A DNA stretch of 64,000 nt from IMG/VR virus record IMGVR_UViG_3300021255_000031; one strand, given 5' to 3'. The DNA comes from a virus (Duplodnaviria; Heunggongvirae; Uroviricota; Caudoviricetes). This document shows, one piece after another, positions 52,299-58,729 of this stretch (position 1 is the first letter of the stretch; the number at the start of each line of letters is the position of its first letter). The notes under the pieces were generated by a model. It was given only the letters and a program-made list of their open reading frames with translations, had not been told where the DNA came from and made no database searches. The translations under genes were made by a program, and so were the position numbers.

Positions 52299-52715
52299 TC
52301 AAAGAGTGACAAGATATTTTGAAGTATCAATCTTCACATTACTAGCAAATTTAGATGGTGGTTCAATACGTAGAGCAATTTGCTTTACATTACCTGCTGC
52401 CCTTAAATCTGCCATAGGAATTACAAACATATGTTGGTCTTTATCTAAACAAAATAGATAATCTAATGGATGATTTAATATAGTATCATATACACTACCA
52501 TTAGTACCACCACAACTTTTAAGTACAATACTATTACTTTCACTTCCGGTAGCCTTACATTGAACAGTTTGAAATACTCCATCCTTTTCAACAATAAAGT
52601 CATACCATTGAGTATCATTTAGCGGAACATTTACAGTATATCCATTGGCTCCAAACCAAGCTATACCGAGCGCCATGCCTGCGCGTCCTTTGTCTTTGTT
52701 AGTTTCAAATAACAT
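52299..52715 (-). CDS. Free-standing PD-(D/E)XK endonuclease (homing-endonuclease-like) inside the tRNA array
   Basis: KGRAG...GYTVNVPLND...YDFIV...VQCKAT; SD AGGAGG before ATG at 52715. Confidence 0.75.
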   Translation of the reverse strand: MLFETNKDKGRAGMALGIAWFGANGYTVNVPLNDTQWYDFIVEKDGVFQTVQCKATGSESNSIVLKSCGGTNGSVYDTILNHPLDYLFCLDKDQHMFVIPMADLRAAGNVKQIALRIEPPSKFASNVKIDTSKYLVTL

Positions 52716-52801
52716 ATTATTCTCCTCCTGTGAGATAATTATTGTGGCCGATGACAGGAGCATCTTAATCTCATTAAGGAGCGACCTTAATGCTACCCAG
52801 T

Positions 52802-52913
52802 TGGTGGAATGTGGGAGAATTGAACTCCATCCTTATGGATCGACATTTGCAATGCCTACGTTATCACCTTGCGGTTTACCTCGGTGGCTACCCTGATGCC
52901 ACTTTCACATCCC
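52802..52913 (-). ncRNA. 112-nt tRNA-like RNA with G3-U70/A73/CCA acceptor and extra internal domain
   Basis: GGGATGT/ACATTCC-A-CCA, GGAG-TTCAATT-CTCC, GGCA-TTGCAAA-TGTC. Confidence 0.7.
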
Positions 52914-52917
52914 ATAA

Positions 52918-52990
52918 CATGCACACTAGTGCTCAAACCAGAATCTTCTGATTAAGAGCCAGATGCATTAACCAATTGTGTTAAAAGCCC
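52918..52990 (-). pseudogene. Degenerate tRNA-Lys(CUU)
   Basis: Anticodon arm TCTGG-CTCTTAA-TCAGA is intact, but acceptor strands GGGCTTT/TGTGCAT do not pair. Confidence 0.6.
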
Positions 52991-52996
52991 ATAAAA

Positions 52997-53068
52997 CACC
53001 CCTATAGGGATTTGAACCCCAATCAACGGATTAGAAGTCCGATGCCTTCTCCATTAGGCCATAGGGGC
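52997..53068 (-). tRNA. tRNA-Arg(UCU)
   Basis: Cloverleaf, CT TCT AA loop. Confidence 0.9.
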
Positions 53069-53076
53069 TTGTATAA

Positions 53077-53186
53077 TGGTGCGGCGGGTCAGGATTTGCA
53101 CCTGCGAAGCCCACGGTTCTAGCTAGCATACCGACGTGGGCACCAAACTTACCGGTTGGCCCCTTTGTCTGCTTGGATACCACCGC
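53077..53186 (-). ncRNA. 110-nt tRNA-like RNA (GUA loop, oversized variable arm, CCA encoded)
   Basis: GCGGTGG/CCGCCGC-A-CCA, CCAA...CGGTAAG...TTGG, GCCCACG...CGTGGGC arm. Confidence 0.65.
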
Positions 53187-53225
53187 ATATTAACTTATTC
53201 TTCTACAATAAACCAAAATTTCGCT

Positions 53226-53301
53226 GGTGGGCAGAGAAGGTGTCGAACCTTCATCCTTGAGTTTTTCAGACTCACGCTCAGACCGCCTAAGCTATCTGCC
53301 C
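53226..53301 (-). tRNA. tRNA-Phe(GAA), CCA encoded
   Basis: Cloverleaf, CT GAA AA loop. Confidence 0.9.
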
Positions 53302-53306
53302 ACGAA

Positions 53307-53393
53307 CAGAAGCGGTAGGATTTGAACCCACGGAGCTGTTACACCCTCTTGCTTTCAAGGCAAGCGCCTTAAGCCAGACTCGGCCACGCTTCT
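53307..53393 (-). tRNA. tRNA-Ser(UGA)
   Basis: Class II cloverleaf, CT TGA AA loop, G73. Confidence 0.92.
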
Positions 53394-53400
53394 ATAAAAC

Positions 53401-53462
53401 ACGGCAGTTTTTAGAATTACATTTTAAAAGAATGTTCCTATAATAATTGCTGCTCCTGCCGT
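53401..53462 (-). ncRNA. CAGCAA-scaffold RNA, copy 4 (Lys-UUU anticodon stem-loop)
   Basis: ACGGCAG/CTGCCGT helix, CAGCAA, ACATT-CTTTTAA-AATGT. Confidence 0.7.
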
Positions 53463-53464
53463 AA

Positions 53465-53536
53465 CACCCTCCGAAAGAATCGAACTTTCATTTTACGGTT
53501 CGTAGCCGTATGGTCTTTCCGTTAGCCTAGAAGGGT
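53465..53536 (-). tRNA. tRNA-Arg(ACG)
   Basis: Cloverleaf, CT ACG AA loop. Confidence 0.88.
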
Positions 53537-53615
53537 ACGTGCTCGCTATTTAGAATGCCCGCGAGCTGGGCCACTATTTAATCCATAGCTGGCGCCAACC
53601 AGTTAAATTGGCAGA

Positions 53616-53701
53616 CAGAGGTTAGAGGACTTGAACCTCTGCGGCCTTTCAGCCCTAATTGTTTAGCAAACAATCCCCTTCACCAACTTGGGTAAACCTC
53701 C
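53616..53701 (-). tRNA. tRNA-Ser(GCU)
   Basis: Class II cloverleaf, TT GCT AA loop, G73. Confidence 0.9.
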
Positions 53702-53704
53702 ATA

Positions 53705-53786
53705 TGTCGGTGGCCAGATTCGAACTGGCACGTCCAAAGGACATCAGATTTTAAGTCTGAGGTGGCTGCCGTTACACCACACCGAC
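53705..53786 (-). tRNA. tRNA-Leu(UAA)
   Basis: Class II cloverleaf, CT TAA AA loop, A73. Confidence 0.9.
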
Positions 53787-54825
53787 ATTAAATTCTATCT
53801 TCTATATCTTTACCAAAGGCTTCTTCAACTTGTTCTGGCGAAAAACCAAGTGCCACGGCGAATGACTTACAAAAACTATGAAGTGTACCAATAGTCATAT
53901 CTGGTGTAGTTCTGAAAGTCAAATCAACGTTATCATCAAATTCGTTATCATCGTTATAATAATTAAATTCTACAGTAATAGGTCTATTTATCTCCATGAT
54001 TCAGTCTCCTTATAAGGATTTTCCTTATCCCAAACAGCACAGTCTTTTACGATAAAATCATTCATTTGGAAAAACATATTCCAAGCAACTTCAAGGCAAT
54101 CGGTATGCCAAAGCTTAGTACGACCGGTTTTCTTATCACGAAAGCGAAGAACGCAACGAAGAATACCACCGCTTTTATCCTCAAACCAATCCATCTGAGT
54201 AGAAACCTGTTCTACAACAAAGCGCCCACGCCACAGATTATCGTCATAAATAGACTTGTTAATATCGCGGCAAAACTTATTAAGCCAACGCTGATGAGCG
54301 CGGCGATTATGAGATTTCATACTGTATTCCTTCATTTTCTTTCCCTCACTTTCTATAATAATTATAGCATAAATTTAGAAAGAAGTCAAATAATTAACGA
54401 ATAGAATTAATTTCAATTAACTTGCCACATTTATCACATTGGTAAATATATCGAATATTATATCGATGTACCGCCTGCTGAAAAATATAGTGTCCTCCGC
54501 ATCTTGTACAAATGCCATCATTATATACTATGTTACAGGACGATTCTTGTAAAAATACTACGCCTATAAAAAGTAATATAGCAATTAACACTGCTATAAA
54601 AAAAATTTTCCTATCTTTCATTATATTAGTCTTTACTCTCCTTAAACTTATAGAACGCACGATTAACAATATAAATCTCATGCCCGCATTCTGGACATTC
54701 GATATATTCTATCCAATCCCGCTGATTATCAGAAAATTTTATATCACTATCTTCAAAAGAGAATAAACAATCACAAAATTTACATGTCATACGATATTGC
54801 GCGTGCCCATGCTTAATAATTTTTA

Positions 54826-55260
54826 TCATTTTCTCCATTCCTCAGTTTCGATATTATTTTCTTTAAGCCATTCAATAACGACTTGCCGCTCACTACAAGG
54901 ATTATCCGGAGTCTCAAAAAATAATAGCACAAACTCTACATTCCCTAGGCTCTCCGCAACTTCAATATCATTTTTTAAAACTTGTAATTCATTTAGAATA
55001 TTATGAATATCTATACCGTTCAACTGTTTGCGATATTCCTGAAGAAAAGCACAATCCTGTGGATGCTTTGGATTACATTTTCCATTACATAAACCATTAC
55101 AATTATATCCTGGCTTTAGCGGCGGAATATCTAGCCAAATATGACCTTGCTTATCGCGCCCAAGCGGCAACCATTTAGGATTCCAAACTGCGGTTGAAAG
55201 CGATACAAGATTTTTAGGAAAATTACGCATTTGCGCGAAATAAGAAGTATAAATTTTCAT
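54826..55260 (-). CDS. DUF488-like protein
   Basis: KIYTSYF...P.W...LLFFE....CSER pattern. Confidence 0.5.
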   Translation of the reverse strand: MKIYTSYFAQMRNFPKNLVSLSTAVWNPKWLPLGRDKQGHIWLDIPPLKPGYNCNGLCNGKCNPKHPQDCAFLQEYRKQLNGIDIHNILNELQVLKNDIEVAESLGNVEFVLLFFETPDNPCSERQVVIEWLKENNIETEEWRK

Positions 55261-55589
55261 TATTATCCCTTTTTACTGATAAATTTCATTTCAATTTTGG
55301 TGCCATGAGGAATAATATAATTATTAAAATAATTATCTGGAAGAGAACAAATTATACTTGAGCCCTCTTTTTGGAAACAATCCTTATATTGTCCATTACC
55401 TTTCTCATCGAGTGTACGCATTAACCAATTATAAATGGAATCAATAAATTGACTTTTTGTCGCTGTGCTGCTTAGAGTTTCCTTATCCATATTATTTCCT
55501 CATTTCCTTTTTTCTAAAAAAATTATACCATAATTTTAGAGAAAAGTCAATTATAAAAATAAGATGGAAAAAATCCATCTTTTAAATAC

Positions 55590-55697
55590 TAGGCGTCTTA
55601 TTTATTGTCCTACCAATTGGACGATTCGCAAAAAGGATTGCAAAATGGGACTCGAACCCATAACCTATAAAGGCATAATTGTTGCTGAAAACGCCTA
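55590..55697 (-). ncRNA. CAGCAA-scaffold RNA, copy 5, with circularly permuted tRNA module
   Basis: TAGGCGT/ACGCCTA helix; T arm, then acceptor 3' strand TTTGCAA, linker, acceptor 5' strand TTGCGAA, then D arm. Confidence 0.8.
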
Positions 55698-55700
55698 TAA

Positions 55701-55817
55701 TGCTATCGAGTGGATTTGAACCACCACTGCGTAGATTTTGAAGGTCAATGTAAGTGATGACCTTACCGCGCTCTGGCTATTGACCGTCTACTGCCTCTGC
55801 CGTTGGGCTACGATAGC
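55701..55817 (-). tRNA. tRNA-Leu(CAA) with short variable loop, interrupted between nt 32 and 33 by a 44-nt acceptor/T-arm mini-tRNA (55742-55785)
   Basis: Removing the insert gives a 73-nt cloverleaf with GTAGA-CT CAA AA-TCTAC. Confidence 0.85.
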
Positions 55818-55828
55818 AAATTAAAAAC

Positions 55829-55945
55829 TAGACCCACTTATTACGCGCTCTACCATTAAGCTATTTGGGCTTAAAAGCCCAAAGATGGAATCGAACCATC
55901 ACATACGTGCCCCACATGCAAAAGAAATAATTGCTGACAGGTCTA
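55829..55945 (-). ncRNA. CAGCAA-scaffold RNA, copy 6, with circularly permuted tRNA module
   Basis: TAGACC/GGTCTA helix; GATGG-TTCGATT-CCATC, TTTGGGC-TTTTAA-GCCCAAA, GCTT-AATGGTA-GAGC. Confidence 0.8.
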
Positions 55946-55948
55946 AAA

Positions 55949-56036
55949 TCCTACTCCCACGACTTGAACGTGGACTAACCTTGTGAGGGTCTCCGGCTTA
56001 TAAGGCCGTGGCATGTACCAATTATGCTTGAGTAGG
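55949..56036 (-). tRNA. tRNA with UAU anticodon (Ile, AUA-reading) and long variable arm
   Basis: CCTACTC/GAGTAGG acceptor, CGGC-CT TAT AA-GCCG, variable arm of about 19 nt. Confidence 0.8.
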
Positions 56037-56042
56037 AAAATC

Positions 56043-56161
56043 AAGACGGCGAAATGAATGCTACCGCTACACCAAACATAAGTGCCCATCTATGCTGCGG
56101 GATTCGAACCCGCCCCTTTATTATACTGCATAAATTTTCAAAATAATTGCTGAACCGTCTT
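56043..56161 (-). ncRNA. CAGCAA-scaffold RNA, copy 7, with circularly permuted tRNA module
   Basis: AAGACGG/CCGTCTT helix; GCGGG-TTCGAAT-CCCGC, AGCATAG...TTATGTT, TGGTGTAGCGGTAGCAT. Confidence 0.75.
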
Positions 56162-56169
56162 TAAGGCAA

Positions 56170-56241
56170 CGACCCTACGCAGAATTGAACTGCAACCTCG
56201 TGATAGACAGTCACGTATCATAGCCATTAGACCATAGGGCC
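56170..56241 (-). tRNA. tRNA-Asp(GUC)
   Basis: Cloverleaf, CT GTC TA loop, G73. Confidence 0.9.
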
Positions 56242-56300
56242 ATATTGGGAACTTTCGTTCCCTTTTGATATATTTATTATAGCATAAATTTAGAAAAAAG

Positions 56301-56849
56301 TCAATTACTTGAACTACAACAAGTAGTTGTAATCCAACCATGATTAGTCATATTTAACTTAAATTCTGTTTCATTTGCCGTACAGAAAAACACGCCTTCC
56401 GCTGCTTCAAATATATTCTTTGCAATCTCTTGATACAAAGTAGTTCTATTACCATAGATATCGCCAAGATCATCAATATAATACTGTACTACTTGTTTCT
56501 TAAAGACAACATAAGTTAGTGTATTAGACATAACGCCTTCAATTGTCACTACCTTTTCTAGTGCAGGATTATCAGCAAATGCTCTCTCATAAAGATTCGC
56601 ACGATTTAGCTTTAATGCGGTCTTAGGCACATTCGCGGGAATGACGCTAACCTTTACAACCTGATTACCAAAATGCTTTTCAGTAGGTAGAAGCTGTCCT
56701 AGGGCATCAGCTTTATCTGCATTCTCTACATACACAGTAAGCTCTAATGTATCATTATCAAATATTACACCAATTTCCTTATCTTCCTGAAACATTGCCT
56801 TTACATCAGCATACCAAACCTGCCATGGACTGAGAATTTTTAGAGCCAT
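56301..56849 (-). CDS. Hypothetical protein within the tRNA array
   Basis: 182-aa ORF with SD GAGGT. Confidence 0.6.
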   Translation of the reverse strand: MALKILSPWQVWYADVKAMFQEDKEIGVIFDNDTLELTVYVENADKADALGQLLPTEKHFGNQVVKVSVIPANVPKTALKLNRANLYERAFADNPALEKVVTIEGVMSNTLTYVVFKKQVVQYYIDDLGDIYGNRTTLYQEIAKNIFEAAEGVFFCTANETEFKLNMTNHGWITTTCCSSSN

Positions 56850-56948
56850 AAATTTACCTCATTCTTATAAAATTAATGCTGGGCAGGGCGACACTCCCGC
56901 ATCTCCTAACAATGGGCGATAGCTGCCTGTTCTATCCTCCAACTTGAC

Positions 56949-57089
56949 CGCCCGGTGAGGGGCTCGAACCCCCGACACTGCGGTTAATACAGAGGCGAGA
57001 ATTGAACTCGCAACGTGGGCGTCCCTCACATGATTACCAAATCATCTCTCTGTCACAGCCGCATGCTCTACCGACTGAGCTAACCGGGC
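56949..57089 (-). tRNA. tRNA-Asn(GUU) interrupted in the anticodon (nt 35/36) by a 68-nt tRNA-like insert (56987-57054)
   Basis: Removing the insert gives a 73-nt cloverleaf with TGCGG-CT GTT AA-CCGCA. Confidence 0.88.
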
Positions 57090-57099
57090 AAATTCGGCA

Positions 57100-57345
57100 T
57101 GCTATCTCTGAGCTGACGAGCGCCGCACCCGTATAGTCTTACCTATAAGTAGCTATCCTAAATTAAGACCTGATAGCAAGGTAATTATAACCGCTCATAA
57201 CTGTTTACGTTACTTCGTTGGCGGCCGCAACGATAGGCATCTCACCCAGTCCAAGGCGGTTTTTACTCATGCTGGAGATTGTATTAAAGAAAATGTCAAC
57301 TAGTATAAGCCAGCATCCCGCTGAACTACATTTTCTTTTACAAGG
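57100..57345 (-). ncRNA. Unidentified structured RNA candidate (about 245 nt)
   Basis: No ORF; several perfect helices (ATGCTGG/CCAGCAT, CGTTG/CAACG, GCTATC/GATAGC, TATAG/CTATA). Confidence 0.45.
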
Positions 57346-57372
57346 CTCGTGCTCATTAAACACAAGCAGAAA

Positions 57373-57445
57373 TCAAGGTGGAGAGATTTGCACTCCCGAT
57401 TTCGTCATCCCAAGTGACGCCCGTTAGCTACTACGATACACCTTG
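57373..57445 (-). tRNA. tRNA-Pro(UGG)
   Basis: Cloverleaf, CT TGG GA loop, C1-G72. Confidence 0.88.
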
Positions 57446-57450
57446 TTAAA

Positions 57451-57495
57451 ACTGCTGCCTTTACCTACGAATAGATGTTTGCTACTACCGGCAGT
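57451..57495 (-). ncRNA. TAGCAA-scaffold RNA, copy 8 (minimal, UUCG hairpin)
   Basis: CTGCC/GGCAG helix, TAGCAA, ATCTA-TTCG-TAGGT. Confidence 0.5.
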
Positions 57496-57764
57496 ACGGC
57501 GGAAGTGGTTTTCATTCTCCGTAATCTCCGCAGAAGATTACCCTTTATTCCAATAAAAATACTAGGGTCTTTCTACTCTTGACTTATTTAGAGGCTCCCG
57601 TTGGGTGGCAATATTAAATAAGTTTTTCCTTACCATAGAAAGTTTGGACTTTCTATGACGCCTAGCCGCCGCACGCTTTCCTTTCCGGATTAGCTCAGAG
57701 GTCGCCCCAAGCGTAGTCTTTTCATACTCGCTCGCGCTAGCAATTATAATGGACGTTGCCAATA

Positions 57765-57836
57765 TAGCGTGTTGGAGAGTCGAACTCCAGCCAACTGGGT
57801 GAAAACCAGTTATCTTTACCACTTGACTAACACGCC
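57765..57836 (-). tRNA. tRNA-Glu(UUC)
   Basis: Cloverleaf, TT TTC AC loop. Confidence 0.9.
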
Positions 57837-57843
57837 ACATAAC

Positions 57844-57904
57844 TAGACGGCATAAGAAATTTTAATCAGCCAAAATTTTCTACAAGTATTGCTGCTACCG
57901 TCTA
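57844..57904 (-). ncRNA. CAGCAA-scaffold RNA, copy 9
   Basis: TAGACGG/CCGTCTA helix, CAGCAA, AT-rich hairpin with CTGAT loop. Confidence 0.65.
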
Positions 57905-58538
57905 TTCGGTTTTATTAACCACAGACCGAAAGCTGCGCTTTCTCTTGTTATTCCACCCACGCATGAAAGTATGTTGGGAAATTGGGCTTTCCGACGCATT
58001 TGCGCCTTTGCCAATATTCAGGTGTCTTACCCAAATACAAACCCACCAAAGGCAATGTGGCCTACACTGTGTGAGAGGTGCGATTGAACCGCATCGCTTT
58101 ACCAATTTTTAGCGCTATTTGGTAAGGAATCGGGCCTTTTCCTTCCATCCTCTTTTTCAGCCAAGGTTATTGTTCCACTATCAACTACTTATCTGGTTCT
58201 CTTACCATAGCCTCTAGATTACCATTTCAAAGAATGGTTATATACCGCAAACGATATGCGGATGCACCTTTAAGTTTAAGGTGGCGTGCCCCACCGCCTA
58301 CTCTCTTATCTGTTATAGGCTCAGTATGCGCTCTTGGGTGGCCGCCCTCAAGCGAAGCTAGACTCTAAGTGCATCAGGGTTTTGGCTCTACGCTCCACGC
58401 CACCCGCTGGGACTCGAACCCAGGCAGTGCCTCTACCTTTTCGCTTTATCTTTTCTACAGCCCCGTGTTTATACTGCTTTCTGCATCGTAGAACTGACCA
58501 GCAGTGACGGTTTTTACAGAAGAATACCGACAACTAAA

Positions 58539-58611
58539 TAGCGGGAGTGGGATTTGAACCCACGGTCTATTGGTTATGAGCCAATTGCCTTAACCACTTG
58601 GCCATCCCGCA
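58539..58611 (-). tRNA. tRNA with CAU anticodon (Met or Ile2; 1:72 mismatch)
   Basis: ATTGG-CT CAT AA-CCAAT; lacks the three G-C pairs of a classic initiator. Confidence 0.85.
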
Positions 58612-58615
58612 ATAT

Positions 58616-58686
58616 TGGAGACTATCAGAATCGAACTGATGACAAATGCTCGCAAAGCATCTATTTTACCGCTAAACTAAATCCCC
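58616..58686 (-). tRNA. tRNA-Ala(UGC)
   Basis: G3-U70, A73, TT TGC GA loop. Confidence 0.9.
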
Positions 58687-58700
58687 TTAACAACATATTT

Positions 58701-58729
58701 ATTATAGCATAATTTTTATTAAAAGTCAA
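58701..58729 (-). promoter_or_regulatory. SigA-type promoter driving the tRNA/ncRNA array
   Basis: TTGACT-17 bp-TATAAT with TG. Confidence 0.8.

Larger units (their letters stand above)
57540..58530 (-). ncRNA. Large ornate ncRNA candidate (GOLLD/ROOL class), possibly embedding tRNA-Glu
   Basis: About 850 nt of GC-elevated sequence outside the embedded tRNA and scaffold, with no credible ORF, dense hairpins and an isolated T-loop CTGGG-TTCGAGT-CCCAG. Family assignment is by resemblance only. Confidence 0.5.

Noticed and set aside
55701-55817. Opal (UCA) suppressor reading of the split tRNA
   Set aside because: It would need an 8-nt loop. Assigning the T as the insert's discriminator gives a canonical 7-nt CT-CAA-AA loop.
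49271-57054. tRNA inserts as group I/II or BHB-type introns
   Set aside because: Too short, no catalytic core motifs, no terminal-G rule and no bulge-helix-bulge seen; they instead fold as tRNA acceptor/T-arm units.
57540-57760. RNase P RNA (AGAAAGTCC phrase)
   Set aside because: The phrase lies in a local hairpin, and the complementary P4 3' strand was not found.
49427-57904. CAGCAA elements as CRISPR repeats or simple terminators
   Set aside because: Terminal helices differ in sequence, copies are dispersed, and most lack U tracts while enclosing structured cargo.
57562-58533. ORFs 57562-57840, 57902-58105, 58348-58533 and similar ORFs over tRNAs (51792-53894)
   Set aside because: They overlap tRNA or structured RNA sequence and lack SD sites and protein-like composition.
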